A stretch of DNA of 61,877 nucleotides, counting the filler, from Choristocarpus tenellus KU-1152 (taxonomy: Eukaryota > Protista > Phaeophyceae), in the NCBI GenBank assembly GCA_964200185.2. It is 10 parts of 10 records of this genome, joined end to end, with 100 filler letters (N's around TTAATTAATTAA, not from the genome) between each part and the next. Parts side by side here need not be neighbours in the genome. Positions count along the whole stretch, not along the records: positions 23,861 to 32,955 come from CAXNAD020003988.1; positions 33,056 to 37,119 come from CAXNAD020016403.1; positions 37,220 to 43,029 come from CAXNAD020009698.1; 7 more parts are not named here. One strand, 5' to 3'. Below the pieces are notes generated by a model. That model searched no databases. It was not told where the DNA came from and saw nothing but the letters and a program-made list of their open reading frames with translations. The translations under genes and the position numbers were made by a program. Positions 25,875 to 39,664 of the stretch are shown piece by piece. Numbering within the stretch: position 1 is the stretch's first letter; each line of letters opens with the position of its first letter.

Positions 25875-28800
25875 TTTCCTCTATAGTTGTTGTGCCACCT
25901 ATAGGTAGCAACACTTGAGCACTCTCTCAATGATCCTCATATATTTTTGACGCCGCCCATATCAGTTCTCTTGACCTATTTTAGTCACTCCTCCTGTTGC
26001 TGCTGCTGCTGCTTGAATGCTTCTGCTCTATAAACCCAGTTCAATGTGAGTGTCAGAGATGAGGCCGCTGCAACCTTTCCTCCTAATGTGTCCTGCAAGG
26101 GCGTGCACCAGTTGGCCTTCGCGAAGACGGGGTGGAGGTTCTCGTCCAAGATGACTGAGGAGCTCAGGGAGGGAGTAGTGGCTGACTTTCTCAAGGTGAG
26201 ATGCACGACTGCATTGAAGAAAACAAACGGAAATCCCTCAAGTACAATACATGGTGCTCATTGTGGTGTACAGGTAAGAGAGAGAGAGAGTCCTTCATGA
26301 TGTTTTTATTCTTGGTGAGTAATGCAAAGACAGGAGGGTATGACAGGTTGCAGGGACAAAGCATCCCATTGGCTCAAATAAACATCTGAACCTTCTCATT
26401 GAGGTAGATGTCACTTTTTGTGCACATTCGTTTGCCCCTCCAATCTTGCCTTGAAGAAGGTATTTTGCTGTGCTGCCTTTATGTGAATTACTATCCTAAG
26501 GTTTAGTCTCAGTATCTCTCATTTTTGTTCGTGCTCTGTATGTGTTTAAGAAACTACAACGACCCCCAGCACTCTCAGAAGGCCAGCTGTGCATATCAAT
26601 TATTTGCTGCTCAAAATGAACCTAGCAAGCCTTGCCCATGGCGAGCATCCTTACATTTGCCATTAACTTGAACGCCGCATCCTACCTACCCTCTCTTGTT
26701 CTTCTGCTTATGCTATTCTGAAGTGCTGTACCAACACCTGGCTCATTGTCCTGTGTATCTCCTCTAATGTTTTGCCACTAGTGTATTTTTCGCCAAAATT
26801 GCAATATCATTGCACCACTCACTAAGAGTCTCTAGCACAAATCACCAACCACTGTTTGACAGCGTGTCCTGTTTGCATGTGTGTGTGCTCCTGCCTGCCT
26901 GCCTGCCTGCCTGTATCTGTCTTGTCCGTTTCCCTTGTCTTGCCATCTGTGACTGTATGGGTGTATCTCCATCTCCATATATGCCTGCTGTCCTGCATAT
27001 CTCTTCCGCCCGGAGTACGCTTCTCCAACTAAATGCACAAAACACAACTGTAACGATCCATGCAGATTCCCCTGAGTGTGGCCCAGCTTGTTATACAGAC
27101 CCTGAGCAACTTCTTTGCCTCTGCGGCCCCAGACATAGACCCGGAGCATGTAGCACAGCCCAGGAGCACCTCCCTTGAAGACTCCAATGATGACAGTAAC
27201 AGCCACCAGGGTCAGGAAGAATACAGCAGCGACGAAGACCCTGAAATTGTAGATATCAGAGAGGAGGCCCTGGCAGGGTCTACTACCTGTTTAGGGGCCA
27301 GTACCAATGCAGATACAGGTGGAAAAAATGTAAGAAACAAGGCAGTACAAAACAGTGGGAGGCATCTGAATGTGGACTTTCCAACAGGAGCTGTGGGTGA
27401 GGGTGGTGTCGATGTTGTGGAAGGTGGGTGGGGGACTGGAGCCAGTGCTGGCGCAGAAGTGGGAGCCCCAATTGTGGGAAAGACTTCTAAGAATCCCCCC
27501 AAGGTAGAAGAGATAATGGTGTGGGCGAGATTGTGCTGGGTGGCAATGAGGGCACCACCTGCAAGGAATGGGAGTGAGTCTGGAGGATTTGGTAATCGTG
27601 GCAGGGGTGAAAAGGAAGGGGGTGGTGGCATCATTGGTAGTGAAGGGTGTATCAGGACAGGGCAGGGACAGGGTAACCTGAGCGAGGGCATGGAAAGAGC
27701 ATGGGGAGATGGACTGCCCATGACGCATTCAGGGTATCTCAAGGTGAGGGGGGGGATCGTGGAGATGGTTGTGTTGGATTAATGGGTAGAATGGATCACA
27801 TGAGCCAATGCAAAGGTGGTTTTCCCTTTAAGGTGATGGTGGTTACGATGATCTTTTTTCGTGCAAGATAGAGCTTTCCAAACTGCTTTGAGATGGAAAA
27901 ATACTTTGGGGGTGGTTCTCAAGTTACCGGCACAAGTGCAAGGCACCTAACCTCTCTGTTTCTACCACCGCTAGCAGATCATCATCTCTGCATATGATGA
28001 TAACGTAGGAAACTAACTTCACTCTAATCAACAAGCACCTTGTCCCTGCCCTCTTCCCACTGTGTCTTACCCTTGGGCACTCATGTAGTAATGCTATTGT
28101 GGCCCTCCATTCCCCTGACTACAATCTGCTCTTGTTTGACTCCCTTTGCTCCCCACCCCATTCCTACCACTTTCCTGTCTTCCCACTCTTTTCTCCTTTG
28201 CTCTGTGCTCAAATATTTATTTTGCGTGGGAAACATGGTGTAAACTCTCTGCCGTGTTTGTGCTCCAGCTCTACCAGCTCTCCCAGCCTGTCTTGGGAGG
28301 GTGAGAAACGGTGGCAACACTGAGCAATGTTGCCCTCGCCTTATTTCGCAATAGAAGCTAGTGCATCGCCTACGAGAGACCTTGAGATCCAGGATTTTCG
28401 GAACAGTGCTATAACTATCACCCTACTGCCGTACCGTTAGCCTTAACCCTTCATTTTCCCAAGTCGACTTCATCAGTGAAGGAACTGTAGATTGTGTGCC
28501 AGCTGTCTTTCATCTGTAGGTGCCCAACTGATAGAAATAGCACGAATCATCTCAGGTAGTGCTGAGTACCTGTGGTGTACTCTCTCAGTTTGGATAGGCG
28601 TGAGTGACAAACTTTTACTGCTATTGTCGAACGGCGGCGTATCAATGTTTGACGGTTATAGGTCAAGTGCACTCCGAAGTTTGACCATTGTATTCATGTG
28701 CATTGCAAAGAAGAGTATTATCCATTAGCCGGTAAGGACCCGCATAAGGGTACAGGCAAAGGGAGACCGGATTCCTCCTGCACCCTGCCCCACCTCTCAC

Positions 28801-30878
28801 ATCCATGTCCCCCTCTTTGCTCTGCCCCCCTCCCTACTCATCTATTCCACGTCGATGACTGTTCTGTACTTCTGTGTGTCAATAGGACCAAGGGTAGCTT
28901 CGATGTGGTCATGTTAGATGAGGCTCAAGACAGCAACCCGTGCATAGGTAGGCGGCAGACCACTAACTATGATCTTATTTGTAGTGGTCGCATTTTTTGA
29001 AGGGATTAATCTACCAATCGAAACACAATGTCCAGAGGTCTGAAGTGTGAATAGCAGTGGCACTATTACAGTGCACACTTTGAAGTGTTTTTTGATAGGA
29101 CAGAGTGACAAAAAAGGAACATCAAATATTGAGGGACCACTGTACCACTAGGGCAGTAAATCCAGCGACTCGCTGCTCTCTGTGGGGATATTGTTTTCTT
29201 ATCCACGCTTGTGCCTTTTTGCTTGTCCTCAAATTAATTTCTTCTGCTCTCTTAGCAGCTCTGCATGACAAAATAGCAAGAGTTTTAACAGGCACGCAGG
29301 TGCCCAGGTTTGTTTGGGTGCACCACTCACACTTCCTATTGTGTAATTTTATTTTGTTTGCATGTTTTATTAGGTTTAGGGTTAGAATAATTAATGTGAG
29401 TGGGGGTACCCCTATGAACGTGGTGTTTAGAGTGTGGCTTCTTCCCAGTTTATCTTACCATTATGTGATTGAGAGTACACCTTTGAAAGGTGTAGAAGGG
29501 AAACGTGTAGACATTGAAATATGCTTTCACTACACTTGAATCAATGTCAATTCTTCTGCTCTTGGGTACCTTGGCCATGATACTTTGCCGTGTGGGCACA
29601 CCATGGCAATCCTCTTGCTGCTGGTAGTTGATTCATTGAACTGAATGTCAATAATGTGAAGAACATCCCTGTCAGTTATATCTCATTTGCACCCCCCGTC
29701 TCTGTCTCCATCTCCCTCAACCATTGCCTCTTCTGCCTCACCTGTGTTGTGTGTGATATCCTCCCTCTCCACACGATGGATGATGGATGGTGTCCCTTCA
29801 TGTCAATACTGAGTTGTGATATGCCTTGGTGCTCTTATTGCATGGGAACAACTTGTGACATTTTGGCGAAATCAAATGGACCTGATGTGGCTGTTTGTGT
29901 TTACCAATCTCTGGTCTTCCCCTTAAGCTTCCATTGTCCTAAGGCAGACAAAATGTGCCAGGTTGCTGGCAGGGGATACCCATCAGGTGTGATACTGGAC
30001 TATCACAAGATTTTACAATAGGATCATTATTTAGGGGTATGGGAGATACTCGAAGATACCACAATCACACAAGGCTAATTAGATGCAATGCCACATAGAA
30101 TACAATTGGTGGACACACCCTTCAAGGTCCTACAGTCTGTCAAGTGTTGGTTTTCCATACCAATTTCAACTCTTGGTGTAGGGTCGCTTCTTATGGCCCT
30201 CTCTCCCCTCGGCATATTTTGCTTTCACCCAATCATTCAACTCTCCTCCCTCACCTGTGCAACTGCTTCTTTATACCTTGGCTGGTCGGGATGACACTGT
30301 TGAGTGAAGTCTATCTATGGCTTTATGGGTGCTGAGGACCACTTGAGAACTGTGAAGGACTGCAAGATTCGCCACCTGACACAGGTAGGCGATCATTATG
30401 GCACTTGTAGCAGGGATGGTGTGAACCTGACCTAGTGGTAGTGTTACAAGTACTGTTTGCATCCAATTATTGTTGCAGTGGTATCTCTATGAGCAAAGTT
30501 GGGTCTCTAGACAGTTAGATTGGTAATGGCGAAACGTGCTTCTGAGCTTCTGTTGTAGACAAGCTACCCTTGTCTCCTTTATTTGTTTCCAGTTAGATTT
30601 CAGAACCGTCTGACTTGCCTTGACCTCAAGCTTCCAACACTTCACACAGTCAAACAAAGTGCCAAGTTGCATCGTATTTGGCATATTCTCCCCCTTCCCC
30701 CCCAATCTCTTTAAAAATTCTGTTAGTGTGTCCTTGGACTCTCTTGAATAAACCTTGTCTCTTGGGTGTTAAGGTTTTTCGTTTTGGACCTTCCATCGCA
30801 CATGTGGCCAATACTCTGGTGGGTGCATTCAAGGCGGAGAGGAGACCACTCCTGGGCCTTCCAGAGCGACCTGGTTGG
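24605..30878 (+). CDS. FBH1: F-box DNA helicase 1-like UvrD/SF1 helicase, partial (5' and 3' ends not resolved in this contig)
   Basis: Exons ~24605-24917, 26040-26195, 27066-27743, 28269-28300, 28886-28947, 29928-29986, 30310-30384, 30774-30878 splice in frame. They give LTSEQRRI (Q motif), AFAGTGKTT (I), LYLAFN (Ia), FFASA..MTHSGYLKLYQLSQP, DEAQD (II), AGDTHQSIYGFMGA (III) and LTQVFRFG (IV), collinear with FBH1/FBXO18 helicase cores. No F-box is visible in the window. Confidence 0.88.
25838..25872. repeat. (CA)n microsatellite in helicase intron
   Basis: Direct reading. Confidence 0.95.
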
Positions 30879-33055
30879 GTGAGTCAGCTCTGAAGCCGCC
30901 AAGAAGGAACCTGGTTGCTTTTGACTGCAAAGAAGAAATGTAAAATAAAGTTTAACCTTTAGTTGTTTATTTGGTCTTCAGCTCATTCAGGGAAGAGAAG
31001 ATCACAAAGGGTGGCCTTGTTGTACAGGGTTGAAAATCTCTGATTTGCATGAGTGAGGAACAGGTCGTGGCCTAGCATTTTGTTTCTTTATCATTTCCTT
31101 GTGTTTCATCTATCCTCTGCCAAGAATATCGAACAAGCAAAAGGAGTGAGACTGTAAAGACCTCGGCATTATCAAGCTTCATGTTTTGAATTGGGGGAGT
31201 ACAGCATGTGGAAATGCTGTGTTGATGATAAACTTATTTCACTACTGATGGCCTGTTTCTTGTCTTTGTGAATGTGTACCATTGGTGATGTTGATGGGAA
31301 ACATTCCCAAGAAGTCATTCACGTGTTAGAATTCCACTCATCTTGCACTTGAAGCAGTATACTATCACAATTTATACTGCTGTTGTTTGTGGGATACTTT
31401 GATAAACCCGTTATCCCATTGTTTTCATGCAGACTTTCTTAGTGCTCTTTCTGACCTGATGCATCCACAACAGCTGACGTGGATAGATGAAGATTGAGAA
31501 AGAATCAAACCACCCGAGAGTTATTGCCAAAAGGTTTGAATCTTGAGAGTAGACCCAGCTATCGATATCTACCATTGTTTGGTGGATATTTTTGTCCCAT
31601 TTTCGAGTATCAAACACAATTGATAGCAAGTCTTCTACTGTAGTTGAAAAACACCACACAACTATTACCATACAATCTCTAGAGTTTGTGATAAAGAGCG
31701 CAAACCTCAGGTATATCGGATGGCAACCACTTTCAGGTGTCTCGAATAGCTGATGGAAGGTGTACAAGAGATGTCCACTAGAGCGGTCCATATACTTTTC
31801 TCAGGGTACAACCTTTCAACCTCTTGGTAGCATATAAGATTATGTTATGTTATGTTATGTTACTGCCTCACTTCAGTCTGGGATTAGAAAGTACTAACTT
31901 CACCCTGCCTAGTGGCACTATACACTGCACTTCCTCTAAGTACCTATGAACTACCTGTTGTACCACGACAAATTGCAAGTCTTGCGTCCCTTGATTTTTT
32001 TCTGTTAGGGGTTTCAGTCATATGGCCACTCGTTGCTTAGCCTAATCCATCAAGTCTTTCGTACTACGTTCCTGACCAGAGTCTTGCCAACATGATTCAG
32101 GTTTCCACATTCCTTTTGGTGGTGTAGCATTGGGCAGGAGGTGTGCCTCTGTGTTGTCCTTGCCACGTGGTCAATCGAAACAGGTTTTCTTAGGAGAAAA
32201 TATAACCTTGAAATGATTCGAAACCACGTATTCCAATGATGAGGTCTTCATGACTGATGTATCTTACGTCACCCGTATTCAGTACTTTTAAAGACAAACC
32301 TTAGGTGACGTAGTGGCACCATTGTATTTAAGAGATTGTTAGTATGGTGTATCACATAGGTGATTCCGGTTAATAATCAAGAACAGGCGACTATGGGGAA
32401 TCGAGGGAGTATTAGAGGGACAAGCAGCACCTGTTTGGTGTCATGGTCAACTCTGCTTTGCGGTAAACGTGGCATCAGAACTGTTCTTAAGACTTTATGT
32501 GTGAAGGATAATTTTAGGTTTCAGTGGAGAGGGCAGTGCTGTGAATGTCTCCGTGGTGTGGACCCTCATACTGGTAGCAATATAACCATGTTCTTGTTTA
32601 CGGTGCAAAACGTCTGGTTATTATATCTAATCCTACAACGATTGCTCTACTTTTATTTATTTCTAGAGCAAGTTTTTGTTCACAAGTTGAAATATCATGG
32701 GTGTATTGTGCAGACACTCCGAGGTGCCCACCAAAATCTTGACCAAAATGGGGCAGCCTACACCTATCAATGATTCCGCTACCGAATCCCTCCAAAGCTC
32801 CATTCCAGCACAATATTTCGCAACATCCACCGGAGCATTTGGGGGGAACTTGCCAGCCTTGTCAGCCTTTTTCTTTCTAAGATGGGGAATTTTGAAGACG
32901 TTGTCACCCTTGGACCCCACTTCACCGTACACTGTAAAGAGGCTCTGCCAGACGCNNNNNNNNNNNNNNNNNNNNNNNNNNNNNNNNNNNNNNNNNNNNT
33001 TAATTAATTAANNNNNNNNNNNNNNNNNNNNNNNNNNNNNNNNNNNNNNNNNNNN

Positions 33056-33247
33056 TCGCTATGAAAAGATGTGTCCGGAACAAGGATATTGACACTTCCT
33101 AACAAACACAATAGCCAAAACTACATCAAAATTTCAACATATATTGACACTTCCTAACAAACACAATAGCCAAAACTACATCAAAATTTCAACATTGGGT
33201 TTTGGACCCAAATGGACGCGGCTCTACCCTCTAATATACTTTGACTC
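33056..33247 (+). mobile_element. MITE family A, truncated by contig start, with internal ~55-bp tandem duplication
   Basis: GATATTGACACTTCCTAACAAACAC core and right TIR ACCCTCTAATATACTTTGACTC. Confidence 0.8.
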
Positions 33248-35702
33248 TGTTACAGGCGATTAGCACATTCTTCACAAGGTGACAAGCCTTTACACAGAGC
33301 ATGAATATCTTCCTTTAAATGTACGAAGGAATACCCTACATCGCTGTACCAGATAACCTCTGACTCTAAAGCATGTCACTGGGTTTATCATCATGAATTC
33401 ACCAGTGCTTCATTGCACTATGACACCCCTTCACCGCAACCAACCCTACCACCGTAAAAGAGCGCAATTCGTTCAATCCCAGGTTTCAACAGGTTACGAG
33501 CCTTACACGGTATATCTTCGAAAAACGAGAAAAAATAATGATTACAATTGATACCATTGGTGTTTCTGATGTGAAGATCAAAGACAAAGAAACGAACTTG
33601 AATCAATATCTGGGACGTCTCATATGGCACATACTATTCTTGTATTTTGACAGATATCGACTGTTCCATACTTGCTATTCACCATGGGGTTGTAACGGAA
33701 ATTGATCCTATGATGAAGTATCAATGATGGAAATGCGACTAACAACCAGCACCGATGTGCGAATCAACAATCAGTATGAATTCGAAAAATCGTATCGTAC
33801 CAATGACACAAAGATGAATAGCCTATGTTTCAACACATTTCTTCTCGCACTCTGACCAGTGCGAGCAGTAAGTGAGCATGCCAGACCCCCAAATGGGAAA
33901 AGTTCGATTCGATATACTAACAATATAAAATCTGCAACATGAGAATATAACAATAGCTTTGACCTGGATCACAGAATCTGAAACTCAACCCATTCAGATC
34001 AGATATCATGGACAACCCATATATCAACTTTGCTAGTCCTGATTTTGGTATACATCTATCTTGAGAACAACCACACCATCATCTACTAACCTGATAACCT
34101 CCATCTCCGCTGGTCATCAGGCTATCAATACATCTGAGGTGCCTTGTACATGCATCAGGGCCATTTATAGGTTCGTAAATCAGAGGTACATACCCCATGG
34201 GGGTAAGCTTGTCAAGCATTTTGTTACAAAGCCACAACCAGATCAAAGGACAAACACTAGAAAGTAGGATAAAGTCTTGATGATCGGCTCTTGTGGGGTA
34301 TATTTTATGGTGATGTGGGTGTATGTTTCGTTGGATTTAGGCGAAACGGTATACTATAGAAGGAAACTGAGATATGGCTTCGATTTAGTAAAGAAGGACA
34401 GAGTATCTGGAACTTTAAGAAGTAACATTGTTCTGGACATCTAGTAGCAAAAGTAAGAAAGAACTCCACACGATCTCACTCCCAAATCTCCATTAAGGCT
34501 TTCGATAAGCTGAGGAGGAGACCATCAAAATTAGACGCGCCCTTCTTGACTGCATGGGCGTCAACACATATCTGTTACAGGCGATGTGTCTCGGTGGCAG
34601 TTTCGTAAATGCCAATGAGCTTGAATTCTAGATATATTACGTGCGTACTTCTTGACTATTTATATACTCGGAGTATATATTTAGTCATTTTTGTGCAATT
34701 TACCTTGGGAGGTAATGCTATTTATCAGTAGTGAAGACAAGAAGGTGTGAAGCCTCACACGACCCCCTTTGCTGAACGTGAAAAGAATGGGTAGAACTAG
34801 AAGAGTGACCTTTGATGTACTATCTCATTAGTTACATCTCTCATACACAAAATAAGGTACACCTCACTATTGTCCTATTTTGCACAATTTTCATGCCCCA
34901 TCTACATAATTGCAAATTCCTTTTATACTATCATGATTGATAATTATGAAGGGAATAATGGAAGTGAAAGATTCAGGATACTTGACAGCTTGTGTATCAT
35001 GGAGCCTTGTATGAGCTTCATGGTCCATATGCATTCTTATGGATTGGAGCTGCATATCTCATCATGGTAAGTTTGCGGAGGGATATGAATCATATCAACC
35101 CCATGAGGCTGAGGTGGCGTCGAGGTCATTGATCGCCACGTCCAGCAAGATCGTCATTGAGATCAAATTAGCCCCGGAGTCAAGAAGACGTACAAGGAAA
35201 GTGCTACTTGCAGACTATCAATCTGTTAGGGCACACGGTTCGTCTTCAATATCGTTGGTCAGCGGAAGGTACACTCACCTCACTTTCTGCTTCCCTTTGT
35301 AACCACCAACTTCACCTCCAGACGACTCTCCGTATTTGGTTAGAGGTAGAAGAACACGGAACACAGACTCTCTATGTCCATGTAGGGAAGGTTGAGGTCA
35401 ATATCGATTATCTAGACCCCCCTGCAGATTAGATTGCATGTAACCTGCTGACTCGAGGTAGTCTTGCCTTTCCAACTTGGTCACGTTTGACCCTTCATAT
35501 TTTGTTAGTACATGTCTCTCTTTTTCACGTAATGCTCATGGGGAATAGTTTTGTAAGGATAGACAGGGCCGGAGTATTCCTTTGTATGCAATATATCTTG
35601 AACCAGAACATTGTTGAGGGCGATGCAGGGTCTTGCTACGAGCACTGTAAATATTTTGTTGTACAAGGCTGTTGACTGCCAAACCAAACCAAATCATTAA
35701 CA
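33248..35702 (+). mobile_element. Two consecutive LTR-like segments of the TGTTACAGGCGA family
   Basis: Starts at 33248 and 34573 match those at 17113 and 16060 respectively; the first segment ends ..GTCAACA at ~34566; the right boundary of the second is uncertain. Confidence 0.45.
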
Positions 35703-36379
35703 TGTAGACATGCAAAACTCTACTGTGCTCTCACTCTTGCATTGCCGGCCCACCAATAGGCGACCTCTCTCAACACCACCAATCCAGTTGGCTATGTGCT
35801 CTCCCTTCTCCACCTCCACCGAACGTGCATCAACAATGCAACAAAGTGGAGACGGGGGGGAGAGTCTAGAGAGCTTAAAGCAAGAATGAGGGTCAAGGTA
35901 GAGAGCAAGGATGACAAACGTTGGTGGCTTGTGGAGAAAAATATGGAATTGAACGTTCATCTAGTGTAAATCGAATCACAGCACATCTGTCGTTCTACTA
36001 CTATTAGTGGTGTATGCATTTGTATGATGTTGCAACTACAGGAACGGAAAGTGTGAGACGTTTGAGTCAAGAGCTGTCACTCAGGATACAGGGGGCATCT
36101 GATAAAAGTGACTTTAACCAAGAGTGTAGTAGCATGCTTGGTCACAAGCAGAATATAATTTTTTGAACTTTAAGAAAAAACAAGAAATGAAACGTTTAGG
36201 ACAGAAAATATGTAGGGAACACGCTTCTTCCCCCAACCACAATGACCACTGATACAATTAAATAAATGGATGTGTGCTTGATATGTACCTTGCACAGAGT
36301 TCAATATATGATACTCTGCTGGTGCACAGATAGGTCTATTAAGATATATGATAAAGAGTAAATATGCCAACCTACAAGA

Positions 36380-36563
36380 GGCTCAAAGTATATGGGGGGG
36401 GGGGTAGCGGCTGTCCATTTGGGGTCAATATTTTTTCATGTCGCGATTTTTGGGTGATTTGGTTGCATATGTCGGATGGATAATGTAAATGCACTTTTCC
36501 TGATTTCGGACCAAATGGACACCCTGGTGTAGACCGACCGCTCCCCCCCAGATACTTTGGGTC
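36380..36563 (-). mobile_element. MITE family B (~184 bp, G/C-tract subterminal)
   Basis: GGCTCAAAGTATATG(n)...C(n)AGATACTTTGGGTC; reverse complement of the copy at 47940. Confidence 0.85.
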
Positions 36564-36704
36564 ACCACACTTCCACCTCAGTCACTTGTCTACCGCAGCT
36601 AAATTCAACTGACGTTTTCAAGCATCAGAAGGTTCGATGAAGGTAATTCCTCATCCCCACGTGCCCACATAGGCCTTGACCTTGAATGAGTTCAAAGTAA
36701 GTGA

Positions 36705-36930
36705 GAGGTACCCAGCGTTGCATTTTAAGGATGTCGGCAAATATGTGCAAAATTCGGTCTTTTTTACAAATGTGTGAAGGAAAGTTTCTGAATTATGTCG
36801 AAATCTTACCAACCAATAGACAAATAAACCCTCTCAAGTCAAGCTTAGCGCTTCATCCAAAGAAATACGGGTGACTTGCAAAAGATTGAAAACGGCTTAA
36901 AATGCCAAATACCCAGAAACTGAGTACCTC
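36705..36930 (+). mobile_element. MITE family C (GAGGTAC..GTACCTC termini)
   Basis: Short inverted termini; the right half recurs at ~50565-50675 (+) and ~10488-10600 (-). Confidence 0.6.
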
Positions 36931-37876
36931 TCGTTCACTTTAGCTAATGACAACCTCGCCTTGTCCACTTTGAACAATAGGAAGTAGGTTGCAAAAATGT
37001 TCCCTTGGTGAACGATTGCCTACAAACCCACTTTCCGGCAAGTCACGTTTGTTAAAGAAATTGGTGTTCCCAAGACTTGTGTATGTGAATAACTCGATTA
37101 TTTCCTCATTATGTAGAACNNNNNNNNNNNNNNNNNNNNNNNNNNNNNNNNNNNNNNNNNNNNTTAATTAATTAANNNNNNNNNNNNNNNNNNNNNNNNN
37201 NNNNNNNNNNNNNNNNNNNCTTGCAGCGATCGGTCTGGCTTAGGCCTGATGCACCCCGTTTCACACCAATGATGCCGTCAGAAGGTGAGTGATATGCGCT
37301 CCTGAGTTATTGCCACTTTGTTATCTCAAACCTAACAGGTTTTACGGTTAGGTTTTTGCCCTTGGTGTTGACATGTTGATCTATATACACTCCTGTACCA
37401 CATACCACATATGCCTATAGGATTTCTCCATATATTGGATGGAATTCCTAGATCGCAATGAAGGTTTTGTACAATACCTATTATGTCTCGCTGATAACCA
37501 AAACCTTACCCTTTTCCTGTTAAGCCCATCCCAGACATCTTTGTTCAAAACACAAGCTTCCTCGTAGGATTGAACATCCGATACACCTTGGTGCCGATCA
37601 CGTAACTTCAAACTTACCACACCCCGTCTCTCCATACACACAACGACTACATCATCTCCATCACACACAACTGAGGATCAACTTGTTGAGGACGTATGGT
37701 ATTGGTGGTTTAAGTGAGGTATACCTTCACTTTTCATTTCTCGGCGCCCACACTTGCGCGCACGCCATCTGTGAAAACAAGATCTACAGAATGAGTGAGA
37801 GTGAACAATGTCCACCTAACTGAAAAATTGAGTTGGGTGTGGTACACTAATTTTAGCGAAGTGAACCAAGGTGGGT

Positions 37877-39664
37877 ATGAAGATTAATTCATCATCTTTC
37901 CTCCCGGATTATGGAGCCGACAGCAGTGAAGATGAGCAGCTGCGGTTCGAAGGGGCTGATGAGCTATACAGCAGCGACCTCGACGAAAGAGATGAGGCAT
38001 GGGTTCGAGATCAGGTTTGGTGGAGAGTCATGCCAACATTGCTTCATAGGCACATTCCCCTGCCCCACGTGTTTCCTTTGATGTGCTAGTAGACTGGAGT
38101 AGTTGTCGTGGGACTCTTGAGCTTATAGTGGTTTTGCGGTGATATCTTCGAAGTTTGAGTGCTCACTGGATACTGTCTTTCTCCCTTCTTCCATCATCAA
38201 TCTTCTGTCATACACCATACGAAGACACCGTGCGCTCGTGCTTGGCGTCCTTGTATCAGCATCGCCCATATGGATCATTGAGAACAAAAGAAGACTTCGA
38301 CGGAGACGTGGAGGCAGAGTGTGTTAATGAAAGCTCAAGAAAAGGGAATTGCCACCTAGTTCAGCAGGAGGCTGGAAAGGAAAACCTCGCAAGGGGTCAC
38401 AAGGAGGGAAGAATTGGTGACCAAATCAGCAGTGATGCACAGCTTAGCTGCCCAATGTGCTTCGCCACCCTGTGCATGGAATGCCAACGCCACGCCCAAT
38501 ACCCCAACCAGGTGAGCGAAGTGTGGACAACCCACAAGGTAAAGCAGTTCTACTGCATTGCGCCCTCGTATTGAACCCCGATTGAGTGTACATGTCGATT
38601 CTTATGACCCCTTGCACCCTAAAATGCATAACAGTCAGATAGGTAGATGTCATAAAGGAGGTTGTTTGAACCTGATGATACTTATTGGAAGGATGGAGGA
38701 ACCAACCCTCTACCCGTCACCATGGCAGAGAGCACGCAACTCTGAGGAGTCTGGATCTCACATCCCAGGGATATTAATGTAGAAATATTCAAAAGAAGGT
38801 TAGGTTTAGGGAAGTGGAACTCCCTGCTGCCTATTAAGAATCAAGTGAGGTTTATACACCGCAGTATCAAAAATTGATGTAGCACTGTTCCGCAGGGGCA
38901 ATGGCAGTCGCTTGTTTGCCTTGGAGAAACAGTGGTTCCATACTTGAGACTCTCTGTCTGCACAACTCTTTCTAAGAATTTTTGTTTAAGATAGCTCCTC
39001 AATTTTCTTGGTTGCTACCTTATCGACAGAGATGGGCACGGTGTTGCGATATTGCCTCTAATTACACACGTGTATTTTTGGAGTGGGGTTGTCTTTGCCC
39101 GCCTATGTCTTCCTGTAATCTTTACAAAGATGTAAATCAGGGTCAGATGGATGCTCTCTCTACACTTGTGGTTGAACTAAGAAGGGAAAGAGCTTGATGT
39201 GTAGGTGCTGCACATCCCTAGTTTGCATCAAAACAACACAGATGAGAAACCCTTTGCGTGCCCTCTGTAATTGTCAGAATGAACGTCTTCAGCAGATTGT
39301 TGCACAGGCCGCCCCTCAAATCAGAAGCCCTAATATACCAATCAATACCAATTCCCCCCCCCTTTCCCCCCTGCCCCACTTTAAGTTCCGTGCAGTTTTT
39401 GCCTTTAACGTTGTGGTAAAAAATATATATGTTCCATCATATGCAGAGACTACTTGTGGAATGGGGAGGGACACAGGTGGGGTCAATCCACCAGGAATAC
39501 CCCAACCACAAGCAATCGCCATTGGGGGCAGTGGTGACGTGGGGGTAGCGGAGGAGGAGGAAGAGACAAATTTTCCTGTGTATTGTGGAGACTGTGGAAA
39601 TGAAGTGGGGGTGTTCGACACTGAGGAGGTGTATCACTTTTTTAACGTCATCGCTTCAGGGTAG
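37877..39664 (+). CDS. EAPP: E2F-associated phosphoprotein-like (3 exons, ~222 aa)
   Basis: Exons 37877-38014, 38260-38511, 39386-39664. Acidic N-terminus ELYSSDLDERDEAWV, and the Eapp C-terminal motifs SDAQLSCPMCFATLCMECQRH..YPNQFRAVF and PVYCGDCGNEVGVFDTEEVYHFFNVIAS. Confidence 0.9.

Noticed and set aside
28454-28482. Possible minus-strand hammerhead core (CTGATGA..GAAA), also checked at ~197 and ~38742
   Set aside because: Stem II does not close directly on GAAA and no stems I/III were found.
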